A DNA stretch of 64,000 nucleotides, from NCBI GenBank assembly GCA_951406725.2, contig OX597814.1, forward strand, positions 100,316,001 to 100,380,000, written 5' to 3'. The stretch comes from Octopus vulgaris (Eukaryota). The position numbers and the translations under genes were made by a program. Positions 24,898-38,485 of this stretch are shown piece after piece (position 1 is the stretch's first letter; each line of letters opens with the position of its first letter). The notes under the pieces are model-generated. The model was not told the origin of the DNA. It saw only the letters and a program-made list of their open reading frames with translations, and did not search any database.

Positions 24898-25079
24898 AAG
24901 TCTCCGTTTTTTCCAGATCAATGTAGCCCATGCTGATAGTACCAGTCAAAGGCCGAATTTGAGTGTTAAATAGCAAACAACAGGTTTGTGGTTAAAGCAT
25001 ATATGACTCGGAGGAGAACTGATCCCAATAAACATTTCACACTAGTATGTGGATATGGTAAAATTCCACATGAATTAGT

Positions 25080-25120
<41 letters not shown>

Positions 25121-25505
25121 TTCGATTGCAGTGGAGGTTGTGTTAGTGAGAAGCAGCAGCAGTTGTTGATTTTGAGTCCTTGTCAATCTCCATTGAGCAA
25201 CTGAGCAGGTTTATGATCAAAGCATTCGAGACGAAAAGTCTAGCTTTTAGTATAACACATTGTACGTAGGAATGAATGTCAATCATGTCCCTCCTTTTTT
25301 GTAATTCGGTAGGATTGATTGGAAAGAGGCTTGCTCTATCTTCCAGATCCAGAGACGTCGTAGAGGTTCGCTTATTGGTTCGAGTGTTTTCTGGAATGTG
25401 CAACAATGAAGTATACCAAATCTATTCGCAGTGTTGCGCGGGGATTTTGCTCGAATGTGCTTCATGTTGTTTTCCAGCTAGAACTAAAGCTATTCTTGCA
25501 CTATA

Positions 25506-25543
<38 letters not shown>

Positions 25544-25554
25544 TAATAATAATA

Positions 25555-25810
25555 GGTGTTTCGTTCAACATCCTAAAGCAACCCTTATTCAGGGACCGTT
25601 TGAGCAGGATGGGCTATCAATGAAGAAAATAACTGGGCCCCACCTGCAAGGTCATGTGCTGTTTATCTTGATATGAGATCACCATGTCGCGCACATATGG
25701 TTGTGATGCATGTGCCTGGTGTACCTTTATCAGACGGGTAGTCATGATGGGTATATTGGGCTTCGTATATTTTACCCCAGTGTCACTTTGATGGCATGAA
25801 CTGCTCTCTC
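25555..25810 (+). mobile_element. Family X retroposon, 5'-truncated, in (TAA)n
   Basis: Reverse complement of 7455-7720 with a small deletion. (AAT)n lies on both sides. Confidence 0.88.
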
Positions 25811-25896
<86 letters not shown>

Positions 25897-25990
25897 TAAT
25901 TATGATGATGATGATGATGATGAGGATGATGATAACAACAACAACAACAACAACAACGACGACGACGACGACGAAGACGAAGACGAAGAC

Positions 25991-26038
<48 letters not shown>

Positions 26039-26056
26039 AATAATAATGATAATAAT
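25811..26056. repeat. Compound (AAT)/(GAT)/(AAC)/(GAC) microsatellite
   Basis: Directly visible. Confidence 0.95.
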
Positions 26057-27103
26057 TAAACGCCAGTTAAGCTCCTGTAAGTGAAGAAAGGTACACCAAA
26101 CTTTCCCAAAGTAATAGATAATTAAAGAAAGACACAAAAGCAGAACCAATAAATGTAGTCAAAGCAGATAAAACAAATGAATATATTTTTAAAATGCTGC
26201 TGTTTAACACTAGATCAACACTGAACGAGTAGACACATGATCAATGATGTTCATGCCTTGACCATAACATCATTTGTTTTCAGACGTTCATTGTCCACCG
26301 ACATTTTGTTAAAGATAATAATAGGATGTAATTTGTAGGAAATTAGACTGTTATTTCTAGAAAGTCGAACAACTACGTAGATGTCTCCATAGACATTCCT
26401 TCGTTAGCTCGATGACACGATAGTTAGTTTTTAGCTTTGGGTGGGTGTTAGACGTAAACTTTATGACCAGATCTGGAATAAATTACGTTTGGTCTATGCG
26501 TTTGTTCGTTGTCATTAAGGAAAATTGTATGCAAGTATCGTAAAATGTCATGGCAGCTACGTTGCTGAGTTATTCACTGAAAACGTCTTCTTGTTCGTTT
26601 ATTTCATGACCATGCCATGCGCTTATATGCATTTGCTTCTGATATATTTTATAGGCATTAACACCAGTGAGTGTGTAAACAGTAGAATTACGAATGTGTG
26701 TGTGTGTGTGTTTTCATGTGTATGCTCTCTCTCCACTTTTTCTCTCTCTCACTATGTCTCTCTTTGTATCTCTATGTTTCCTTTCTCTCTCTCTCTCTTG
26801 CTCTCTTATTGTCGCATGTTCTTGGGTGTGCTTACTTCTACTCGTTTGACCGCGTTCATACACATATACGCAAGTGTCCGCATGTATACTTCTATGTATG
26901 CATGCATGTATGTATATACATATATGATATATATGTGTATATCTGTTTGTATGTACACATGCATGTTTGTGTCCATTTGCATGTATGTATAGGTGTGTAT
27001 GTGTGTGTGCATGTTTATTGATAGAAGATACCAAAATCTAGTGCGTAAACACACATACACACAAATACGTATGTGTGTATGCATATGTATATATGTATGT
27101 ACG

Positions 27104-27189
<86 letters not shown>

Positions 27190-27213
27190 CATGTATGTAT
27201 GTATATATGTATG

Positions 27214-27275
<62 letters not shown>

Positions 27276-28713
27276 TGCATACCTACCTGTGTTTACATGC
27301 TAGAATTTAGTATATTCTATCAATAAAAGAAATAGCAGTGAGTTAGTAGATATGTGTATTGTTAAGCTTCTTGAATTTATTACATTATTAGATTATCTCC
27401 CGTTTTCAGATAGTAAATCAATGCTGTAGTTACTAGACACCGCTTAAATTTCCTATCCTTCGTGCAGCGATCATTTTTGCGCTTTCTCTCTGTTTGATCT
27501 TATTATTCCCTTCATTTTTCCTTTCCTTTTGTCGATTCTGCATGTAAGCTCGAGGATATTATTATTTTTTTTTTAATGCATTAAACTAAGAATGAAAGAT
27601 GAAGGACGAATCTAAGTTACCTTAAAGACATTAGGTCCCTTTCTTTCGATATGTTATTATCAGAGTTGATTCATAATTTATACTGGAAATTTATACGATG
27701 CATTTGCCATGACAAAGCACAGCTCGTGAGCAGGCGATAAGAAAGTATCCAACACAAGACACAAATTATTGTTTTCCTTGTCGACGCGTTGCTTATAAAA
27801 CAGTAAAACTTTGTGATTTTAGTATTTTCCAATCATATCGGTATGGTTCGGTTTCTGTCGTAAATCAGAACTTTTATCCATTCGAATTACAAGAAGAAGC
27901 ACAAATCTTACAAGGGACATCGAATGGCATTAAATTGAAATGATTAGCTTGCGGATTTATTCAAGTATTTCGCTTACACAGAACACTAAGTACTTAAAGA
28001 TGCAATGTGGTGAAGAACGAGTTGATAATTCTACTTACTGTTCTTTGCCTTTTGTAAAAGAAAATAAATAAATGAAAATATAAATAATCAGAATTAGGAT
28101 GTGGATGGTTAGCGGGAAATTGTTCGCAACTATAAATCATACCAATATGCAGCACATAAAATGAGCAATATGTTGATACTTGGAATTGACTATGGAATGA
28201 TCCTATCGGCTGATATATACATAAAAAGGACCCTGCACAGCGTGTCTCAAACGCTATTGGCTAATATATACACATTGTGTATCTTTTAAAACCCGAATTA
28301 GCAATTTTTCTTCAGTCACAAATTTTACTCACTTCTACAACGATTAAAATGAATCTCTTACTCATTATTTCATTCACTCATTCATGCGTTTTAATCCTTT
28401 TTTAATTTAGCTGCTTCTCATTCTCATTTTTCTCTTTATCTCACTTCTGTATCTTTCTTCCACTGTATATATCAATACATAGGCACATATACACCTCACA
28501 TACACACGTACATACTAACACATTCACACACTCATATTAGTCAACAAAACAGTCTTTACATGGTGGCTAGAAACTGTTGCAAAATCACTTATACACTTAA
28601 ATCATTGGATAATATGTACCGGAGTACACTGTTCTTGACAGAAATATAAAGACAGAATATTTTGATCATGAATATGCTCGATCAGGGCCTCCAAATATCT
28701 AAGCAGCAACCAC

Positions 28714-29045
28714 ATTCCCAGACCGGGCGTTGTGTGTGTTTATTGAGCAAAAACACCTAAAGCACCACGAGTCTCCGGCAGAGGGTGGTGGCGACCCTTG
28801 TTTGTACTCTTTCACTCCAACTTTCTCTCATTCTTTCTTCTTGTTTCTTGTCCCTGTCTTCCTACGCAACCGCTGAGCCGGGATGCGCATTCATCCATCC
28901 GTCGATGCTCTCGGTGTCGGGGGTTGACCTGCTTTCTCTTCTGCGTGTCTTACAAATAGCAAAGGACCACGTTTCGGACTTCTCCCACTATAGAGGCGAG
29001 ATCTTGCGAGCTCTGGGACGAAGACCGCTTCGCTCAACAAACAAG
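28714..29045 (+). mobile_element. SINE family C variant, 5'-truncated, with an alternative 3' tail
   Basis: ATTCCCAGACCGGGCGTTGTG…AAAACACCTAAAG…CTTTCTCTCA matches the 32138 and 49535 copies up to about 28850. The sequence after that is unrelated. Confidence 0.8.
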
Positions 29046-29175
29046 CAGCAACCACATCAAAGCCAATAGCACACATAATTATGTATGCATGGAAGTGAGT
29101 ATAAGCGTGTGGGTGTATAATATAACTAATATCATTCAACTCTTAAAACAGCCAACATTTATCTGAATGTCATAC

Positions 29176-29587
29176 GCAGGAGTGGCTGTGTGGTAAGTAG
29201 CTTGTTTACCAACCACCTGGTTCCGGGTTCAGTCCCACTGCGTGGCATCTTGGGCAGGTGTCTTCTGCTATAGCTCCGGGTCGACCAATGCCTTGTGAGT
29301 GGATTTGGTAGACGGAAACTGAAAGAAGCCCGTCGTATATATGTATGTGTATATATATATATATGCGTGTGTGTGTTTGTGTGTCTGTGTTTGTCCCCCT
29401 AGCATTGCTTGACAACCGATGCTGGTGTGTTTATGTCCCCGTTATTTAGCGGTTCGGCAAAAGAGACCGATAGAATAAGTACTAGGCTTCCAAATAATAA
29501 GTGCTGGGGTCTATTTGCTCGACTAAAGGCGGTGCTCCAGCTTGGCCGCAGTCAAATGACTGAAACAAGTAAAAGAGTAAAAGAGTA
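29176..29587 (+). mobile_element. SINE family A, full length
   Basis: GCAGGAGTGGCTGTGTGGTAAG…GGGTTCAGTCCC…GAAACAAGTAAAAGAGTAAAAGAG. Confidence 0.93.
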
Positions 29588-30644
29588 TCACTGAGTGATC
29601 ACTGCATTTATTCAGATCCAGATAAATAGACAAACATTCTATAGACTTCTTTAGAGATTAAATAACTCATGGGTCCCATCGAAAGTAAAAAAACAAAAAA
29701 CAAAATAAAACCCAAAGCCCAAACAAAAAATCAATATTTAAGTGTTATTACCGTTAATTCATAATACATTCACGTATTTCATTCATAGATTTGCACCTTC
29801 GACATTATCCTCTATATTTTAAAAATGTAAAACAAATTTACCAGAAAGCCTTCAAGTTTTATAATGAAACGTATGGAATCTATTACTGACCATTTAATTC
29901 CTTTCTTTCAGTAATCAAGTCCTGAACACTTAATAAACGTACATCATCGCTTAAAGTTCACTCAGTGCATTTAACTTTTAGTGGCATGTGACGCGTAGCG
30001 AATACTTAAAGCATAGAAGAAACCTCTCAAATCAAACGTGGTAAATGCTACTAGTTCATATTAATTTTGTTGTAGTTTTCAGGAATTTTTTTATACACTT
30101 GAAGATTATCTGAGCGAAGCTTGTGTTCTTTTAAATATATATGAAAAATCTGACACTTAGAACTTCCCTATTGAACTTTTAATTTAATAACAACGCTTCG
30201 TCAAATTCGTTCTGGCAGCATTTCATCTGAAGAAAGTGATCAGAATAAAATACATATATAGTTATTGATCAACAATAAATGTGCATGCAATTTATATCTA
30301 AATAATTTAATTTTGATCATATCATTGCATCATGCAATTTTACCTTGTTTTTAAGGACGCTAGATATACCAGGATACACAACATATTTTCAATATTTTAT
30401 ATTTCATAGTTATCATACGTGTGTGTGTGTGTGTGTACAAACACACACGGGTATGATAAAGATACAGCTTTCTGCATACATATTATCTGGCTGCCGGAAG
30501 ACCCGGGCACGGAACATATTTTAATTCTTAGCGTTTGCAGTGTAAAAATGTGTCTACTCTACATTTTGCCCATAGATTTAGATCAGACTTTGCTTACTGG
30601 TTACTTCACTGTATATTATGCACACAAAGATATATGTGCATAGG

Positions 30645-30857
30645 TTTCAACTGTTGGCACAAAGCTAGCAATTTTGGGGAGGAGGTTAAGCCGATTAAAT
30701 CGATATCAGTTCTCAACTAGTTCTTATTTTATCGACCTCCGAAAGAGATGAAAGGTAAAGTCAACCACAGTGAAATTCGAAATCTGAACGTACAATCGGA
30801 CGAAATGCCGCAACGCATTTTGGGGGTGTGACAACGATTTTGCCTGCTCACCGCCTT
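30645..30857 (-). mobile_element. SINE family B, diverged
   Basis: TTATCGACCTCCGAAAGAGATGAAAGG and GACGAAATGCCGC match the family B reverse complement. Confidence 0.8.
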
Positions 30858-31584
30858 CATATATATATATATATATATATACATACATATATACAAGCAG
30901 CGTTTACACACACACACATACATATCTGTTTGTATGTAAATTATGCTTGTATATATCTATCTATATATAATATATGTGTGTGTATAAAGAGAGATAGAGA
31001 GAGAGAGAGATACTTTCGAATTTAAATACAAAATCCCAGACATTTTTGACAAGTATAAAACTATGTAATAGGTATTGACAATTTCTTATACTAGTACAAA
31101 GCAAGATTTAATACAAATTTGAAGACTTAAAAAGAAATGATGTGTCATGAAAGTAAATGCTGTTAGAAAAAGAAGTTATACGGAATAATAATGTTAGTAT
31201 TTACCATCAGTGTCCAGTTTTTCGAACTCTAAATATTTTAAAGCTTTTTCTTCGGCGCTTTAATGATTCTATGTTGCCTATGTCCCATAAACTTTTAGCT
31301 TTATAGTCACAAAATGCAGAATGAAAGAGGGAGGTAGGGAGAGAGAGAGAGAGAGACTTTGAATGTCTAAATGTCTGAGGTGAGGTAATAACTTAATCTT
31401 TAAAGTTGAAAGATTCTTTTAAGATCAAACTGGTTGAAACTTAATCATAGATGTATGTATTAAAAAAATGTTCCATCTTTGTGGATAGACTTAATGTGTG
31501 TGTGTATTTGAATATATATATATGTATATGATTGGATATATAGATGTATGTATGTATGCAAGTATGTATGTATGTATGTATGTT

Positions 31585-31669
<85 letters not shown>

Positions 31670-32137
31670 GGATGCGTATATGCGTATTTAATTGTATATG
31701 TATATAATCTTACATACATGGCACTTAATTACATAATGAAAATCTATGTATGCATAGTTCTGCTTTTTCCGAGCGTTTCATTCTTTATGAGTTAACATTT
31801 CAAATCGAAGGAAAAGAAAAATATTTTCATTAATTGCAATCGGTGACAGAAAAGAAAAACATCAAAAACCTCAGAAAACATCAATTGGAAATGTCAGTTT
31901 TCAAACATAAACTTGCTATCGGATCACATATAAATCTCATATGTTTTTCAAGAAAAATATGACTGAAATTAGAATTACATCAGTTAATTTATTAGACAAC
32001 CACGTTTATGTTAATGTTAATTGAAATTTTCAATTTCAATTTCTGTCACAAACTTATCCTATAGTTCTCTGTGTAGAATTTTTCGAATGAAAGCAAAATT
32101 TTTGAATTTTCTATTTTGTAAAACGAAATCTTAAACA

Positions 32138-32427
32138 GTGGAGGCGCAATGGCCCAATGGTTAGGGCAGCGGACTCGTGATCGGAGGATCGCGGTTTCGA
32201 TTCCAAGACCAGCGAAAATACCTAAAGCTCCACGAGGCTCCGGCAGGGGGTAGTGACGACCCCTGTTGTATTCTTTCGCCCCAACTTTCTCTCACTCTTT
32301 CTTCCTGTTTCTTGAGTAGCGCTGAGATGGACTGGCGTCCCGTCCAGCTGGGGGGAACACATACGCCATAGAAACCGGGAAACCGGGCCTAGAAGCCTGG
32401 CTAGGCTTGAAAAGGGCGAAAGAAGAA
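32138..32427 (+). mobile_element. SINE family C with ~13-bp TSD
   Basis: tRNA-like head GGAGGCGCAATGGCCCAATGGTTAGGGCAGCGGACTCG…GGTTTCGATTCC. TSD GAAATCTTAA(A/G)CA at 32125-32137 and 32428-32440. Confidence 0.9.
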
Positions 32428-32444
32428 GAAATCTTAAGCAAAAA

Positions 32445-33075
32445 CAGGAAACAATCAAAATAGAAGAAACTAGCAAATCAATCTGGAAGTGATTGAGATA
32501 ATAACTAAAATATGATAGTCGTTAATTTCACCTTGCTATTCAACCTTATGCCAGATTCTTGAACCGCATGCATTTTGTTTTCATACAGTTTACTTGAAGG
32601 CCTACTGATAAACTTTAGGAGCAATACTCTGCCAGTGTGGTCTGTAGCTGATATGAGGTTTCTACGATGGGCACGATGTCGTTTGCAAATACAATGTTTT
32701 AACAGCTTGCCGTTGATGAGGATGCCTTTCCAGGCAATGCCTTTCCAGGCAATGCCTTTCCAGGCAATGCCTTTGACGATCAATTTAGATAAGCGGCAAA
32801 TAGCTTGTAAAAGACAGTATCTAGTTGATGCTCTTTCTGGCTGGATTTCTTATAGGTGCTAACAGCAGACCCATATCAGCAGTTTGCCTTCCAGAGAAGT
32901 TTAATATACTTTACCTTGACTCCTATTTTCGGAGACTCTCAGTACTGCATTCATCTCGAAGCTATCAAAAACCATTTATTAATAAACAAAATGATACAGA
33001 CAGCTGATACACTTTCGCTCGCTCAAGTAATGTTAGAGGGACTTCTGTTGTACGGTAGTTCTTCCGAATAACTGT
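32445..33075 (-). mobile_element. Degraded RTE-clade reverse transcriptase fragment
   Basis: The minus strand gives FDSFEMNAVL, KLFAAYL, GILINGKLLK and FANDIVPIVETSYQLQTTL…VGLQVNCMKTKCM, matching RTE AFDSVE.NAVL / GI.ING..L..LRFADDIVL / GL.MN..KTK. Confidence 0.8.
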
Positions 33076-33194
33076 TGGCTCCTTCGATTATTGGCCAGGG
33101 TGTTTCGATAGTGTGGCTAGAATAATCTAAGGGGAGACGACCAAGGTCATCTCTCTCTCTCTCATTCACTAACACACACACTTTCTCTTTCTCT

Positions 33195-33229
<35 letters not shown>

Positions 33230-34026
33230 CACACACACACACATATATATCTGTCTATCTACTGATGCATATACATATAAATTTGCTTATGCCTCTTTGT
33301 ATACAAGGTTTTTATGACTGGGACCAATAAAAGAAACAGGAAAATACAAAACACACAAACACACATACACCTAATTATATGACCGCATACACAGATACAC
33401 GTGTATATTATACATATACACATTGATTATTACCTGTTGATAAATAAGAAGTCACGCAACTTGTGTTTATTTTTACTGCACAACATCTGCACATTTGACA
33501 GTGGATTTCGGAAGCACGTGAACTGTGGCTTGTGTATAGTTGCGTTAAGTTTGTGAAGCGTGCAATAGGAGGTGCTGCCATATACGACCATAAAATGTTA
33601 AGAAGGCGTTCTGAAAATCGTTGAATTGGATATAATTAGTATAGGTAGATAATCCTACATCGTAAATAGGAAATTATTTAGTTTAATGTGCAACGATACA
33701 CGCATACATGTAGTGTTGAACAGAAAATGGCACTTATACATGCAAAACATGTTTCTTTTCATTCTTCTGGTTTTGTATAGATAACGATGAATATTTCAAT
33801 TAAGAAATTGTTTGCATACATAATATAATACATCAGTTTTTAATTATGGTCAATGGGCCATTCTAGTTATTTTCTTATTTCTTTTCTTTTTTTGTTGTAT
33901 AAACTTTTATATATGTTTGCATGATCTTATGAGTTTCTATTTTGAATCTGAAATGGTTCCCGGATGAACTGACGAATTCTTAACAAGATGCGGGATAATA
34001 CATAAAAATGTTGGCAACATACACGG

Positions 34027-34081
<55 letters not shown>

Positions 34082-34094
34082 ATGTATATGTATG

Positions 34095-34164
<70 letters not shown>

Positions 34165-34190
34165 TGTATGTATGTATGTATGTATGTATG

Positions 34191-34244
<54 letters not shown>

Positions 34245-34508
34245 TTTATATGAGTATAAAAGCATGTATGTATATATGTAGGTATAAGTAATGCACGCTT
34301 TGTTCAGATCTGCCGAGGTCAGCTTTTACTTTTCGTCCTTTCTAAGTCAATAAAATAAAGTATATATTCATGGCTGCAGGTCTCTGGTATGAGGGCACCT
34401 TTCTCCTACCTGTCTCAGATACCATGTAAATGGTCATAAACATTACCTTCTCGTTACTAAAAAAAATCTTACAATGAATCATAAAACTATGCAGTAACGG
34501 ATGTCATT

Positions 34509-34740
34509 GTGGAGGTGCTCGGTTTAGTGGTTATGGTACTGCGATCATGCTCGTAAGATTGGAGTTTCGATTCCCGAACCGGGAGATTTGTTGCGTCCTT
34601 GAGTAAAACACTTCCTTTCATTTTCGCCAGTCCACTCACCTGGCAAAAGTAATTAAACCTGCAACGGACCAGCATCCTCCCCAGTGTGGAACAAAACCCA
34701 GGGTAATCAGCTTTATGAACTTAAGGCTCGGAAGGAATTT
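34509..34740 (+). mobile_element. tRNA-derived SINE family D, diverged
   Basis: GGTTTAGTGGTTA A-box, GTTTCGATTCC B-box and GTCCTTGAGTAAAACACTT…CCAGTCCACTCA core. Related copies are at 39952, 41517 and 52752. Confidence 0.75.
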
Positions 34741-35738
34741 TGATCCTTTTTTTCTATATTTATCACTGTATATGCAGATCTATAAGTATTGACTGACGTA
34801 TGTGTGTACTCATACTTAAGCTTCAGCTTACATGCTTCTGTGTGCAACTTTTTCATGCTAATACTCTACAATGTTTTACATATATTCGCATTGCAATCAA
34901 TGTATTGTGGCTCTAAGTTCCTGATTAATCATGCGTTTTCATTCACGTTTCATGAAGCCCGATATGTATGAATCTAAAGTTATAGTCCTGTTGGTGATTT
35001 CTTGTTAGTTCAGCGGAGATATTTTTGTTTTTGATAAATTTTTAGCAATATATTGACATCTGATGGGCAGCTAATTTGCACTAGTATCCACAAATTTTTT
35101 CAACCCAAATCATTTTCCCTTGCAATATACTTGCAATATATTGGAGTTTTTACAGAAACATGTCACCAGCATTCTTCCATATTATGAATGAGTATGTATT
35201 CCACTTAAAGCAAGTTCTTATATCCTTACATACTACAGATCTCATTCTGCAATATTTTGGCCATACTATAATAACACATTGGCCATAATATCATAATCGC
35301 AGGGAAGCATTTTGGGATAGCAACTTATGTTTCCACATTAAAAAACACATCCATTTGCTAAAAGTGTAAACAGCAACACAAAGATATACGTGTGTGTGCG
35401 TGTGTGTGTGTGCGTGTGTGTGTGTGTGTGCGTGTGTGTGTGCGTGTGTGTGTTTTTGCGTGTATGTGTGTGTGTACAACATATTTTAATAGCATTCATG
35501 TTGAAGAATAAAACACTACAATGTTTGAAAACAAGCTCACTTATATCTCGATACACTCCATTCTTTAACTGCAAAAAGAGCTAGTTTTATATGTCTGTCT
35601 GTCTGTCTGTCTGTATGTATGTATGTATGTATGTATATATATGTGTATTATGTATGTGTGTATGTATGTATATGTTTATACTTTTATCTGTCCATGTATC
35701 TACTCCACTACTTCTCTATGTATATATATATATATATA

Positions 35739-35912
35739 ACTTGACAACCGATGTTGTTGTGTTAATGCCCCCGTACCTTACTGGTTAGGCAAAAGAGACC
35801 GATAGAATAATTATTAGGCTTACAAAGAATAAATCCTAGGGTCGATTCTGTTGGCCAAAGGAGGTTCTCCAATATGACCGCAGTCAAATGACTGGAACAA
35901 GTAAAAGAAAAT
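35739..35912 (+). mobile_element. SINE family A, 3' fragment
   Basis: Matches the family A tail. Confidence 0.85.
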
Positions 35913-35914
35913 AG

Positions 35915-35964
<50 letters not shown>

Positions 35965-36399
35965 TCCTGCATACGGTCCTGTTTATGTGTGTGTGTGCTG
36001 CGCTTATTAATATCGCCTTCAAGTTAACATGTTAACTTGTACCAATTTATTTCTCGATGTCGTTAGCAGACGGCAACTAATTACGTTAATTTTTTTTTTT
36101 CCAGGAATAAATTTTCTACATATATTTTTCTTCATTTCGTCTCATATAAGCCTGAAACTTGGAGGGTTAATGAAGTAGACTCTGAAAGCAAAGACGCCAA
36201 AAGGTACACGCTATAAAACTATTGACATTTGATGTATTCGCTGTTCATGTGCAAAGCACCAGTTGACCTCATGTGTCCATCCAGTTGATCGTAACGTTGA
36301 TTACATAATAGGTAGGTAACCAGTAATCATTTATGTGATTACACACGCCATAGAAAATAAAGAAAAAGCTGAAAAGCAAAATAAGAAAAAACACAGAAA

Positions 36400-36747
36400 C
36401 ATATATGCATATACAAACGTATATAAATGACGTGCACGCGTTTTGCATACTACACCGCAGTTTCACGTTGCTGTCGCCCGCAACAAACCGCAGCACACAC
36501 AACACAACACTCCACAGCTCACCACGCAATCGCTTTATACTAGCGCACTCATACAAAATTTTAAAAAAATGGAACCCAACCACGTATCACGCACACCGGC
36601 AGAGATTGGCCTTCGGTTATCAATGGAAAGAAGATTAACACACAACGCATATGACAATTGATATGGTTGTTGTCGCTATTAGCTTCCTTTACCCTTGTCT
36701 CTGAAGTGTGTCTCTTAAAGAGGCAGCGTCAAGCAATATCATTATTA

Positions 36748-36821
<74 letters not shown>

Positions 36822-37620
36822 CATCATCATTATTGATAGTGCTTATGTGATAATTATCAACAATTTACCTACTAAATAGGTTTAGAAATAACGCAGTGAT
36901 GTGAAGTGTGTAACGTGCCGTGTATGGAAGCAATTAGTGTACCAATTTGTATTGTGATTAAATTGTGCGCGCGTGTGTTTACATGTATGTATGTATGTGT
37001 GTATGTATGTATGTATGTATGTATGTATGTATGTATGTATGTATGTATGTATGTATGTATGCATGCACGTATGTATGTATGTATGTATGTATATATAGAT
37101 ACATATATATACATATATATACACATATATAGACACACACGCTCATACAGGTATGTATATATATATATATATATATGTATGCATGTGTTTATACATACAC
37201 AGCGTACACACGTACACAAGCACACACGCACACACACATCACACAAATATTAGTGTGTGCGTCTGTATGTGTGCACGAGCAAACCCGCGTGTATATATTT
37301 ATGTAATTATATTCACTACGTAACTTCTTTCCACGCACTATTTGGCTTTGGCCACGCCCACGGATCACATATCTTCGTCAACAATTTACCTCAGTCAGTT
37401 TGCTTTGAAGCGCACATTGAATATATCTGAGTGAGTGTGTCTGTAGTGATTATAGACTCTGCACTGTTATTGACGTCATTGAAATTTCTCATCATTTTTA
37501 AGACGGTACACGATGTGTGCGCGCGCACCACACCGACACTCGCACACGTGATAAACACGCACAATGTCTGTCGGGGTTCAATCCTCTGTCTGTCTAAACG
37601 ATAAGCATTTACTTGTTTGA
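36400..37620. promoter_or_regulatory. Candidate CpG-rich promoter-like region
   Basis: Non-repeat segments here have many CpGs. The minus strand has CCAAT (36605-36609) about 65 bp upstream of TATAAA (36534-36539). GGCCACGCCC, TGACGTCA and CACGTG occur at 37350-37550. This is motif evidence only. Confidence 0.3.
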
Positions 37621-37766
37621 ACAAGTGATATCCTTCAATTGAAAATTACGTATGTGTGGTTGCATATTGTACGCAACTCCCTCCAAAATGCATGTGTAAT
37701 GGAATAAGCTCGGCTTCATGGAATCAGTTCGGCTTCCGCCTGCGATCGTCCATCACCTTCTCTTTC

Positions 37767-37844
37767 AGTTTCCCCAAAATTCAGTTTTCCCCAAAATTCA
37801 GTTTCCCCAAATGCAGTTTCCCCAAAATTCAGTTTCCTCAAAAC
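37767..37844. repeat. ~16-bp tandem repeat (CAGTTTCCCCAAAATT) x5
   Basis: Directly visible. Confidence 0.9.
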
Positions 37845-37849
37845 AAATG

Positions 37850-38485
37850 TCACGCCATCCAATGCAGTGTCTTGACCAACACCATCTGTCATATTTCCCG
37901 CTTGGTCTCTCAGCCCCACAGCAATACCTGTCTCTCTGCAGTACCATCACTCTTAACTGATGCTCTGCTAGATAGCGACTGTTTGTGCATCGGTGTTTTC
38001 CTGAAGTTTGACGTCCGTGTCTGTAAGCCCCATAAACATCGCTACGCATCTGCTGTAGACTCTTTCATCCTCTACCCATTGTCATACCATTATCCCGTTT
38101 TCCCCGCCATGCTGCTCTCAATGAGATCATAGAGAACATTGGAGGCTTCACTTTCCAGCTCGAGCCAGCGGTATGGACAGTGGAACGGTGAAAGGCCAGG
38201 CGGCATGAGAATTTTCCTGTTCCACGGTGGTAGCCTCCTCATGTGGAATGTCACATGCTACAATACCTACTCCAACGGCAACATGGTGTGATCGGTCACT
38301 CTAACTGATTTGTGGTCGAGCCCGTGGAGATCTCTGTCGTTCTTGGCACCCGAGTTACATCACTGCTCACTATTGTCGAACAGACATAGCTATCTGCAAG
38401 TGCGAGACCCATGAGTTGGAGTGGCAGTTCTAGCGCGTCTCTCTTCGGCGTCCTCTAGGACAACGCCTTTTCCATGTTGTTCGTC
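37850..38485 (+). mobile_element. Degraded CRE-clade LINE C-terminus (Zn knuckle plus RLE)
   Basis: Pieces LSAVPS…LLDSDCLCIGVFL…VCKPHKH…PLS; FPRHAALNEII; ERPGGMRIF…LMWNVTCYNTY; VEISVVLG; NAFSML occur in the order of CRE-type RLE motifs (WL.A.P, RH..LN, RPDG.T..P...WD.TC, ET.G..G, RGNA). Confidence 0.75.

Noticed and set aside
24406-24921. 171-aa ORF with a signal-peptide-like N-terminus
   Set aside because: It is the antisense reading of a SINE family A copy. The same peptide recurs at other copies.
25143-25500. Possible RTE C-terminal relic on the minus strand
   Set aside because: The similarity is too weak to support by eye.
32140-32215. tRNA-like sequence
   Set aside because: It is a SINE head. 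It continues into the SINE body, has a TSD, and lacks a proper acceptor stem.
32722-32775. Short direct repeats resembling a CRISPR array (also 37767-37844)
   Set aside because: The repeats are contiguous with no spacers, the context is eukaryotic, and there are no cas genes.
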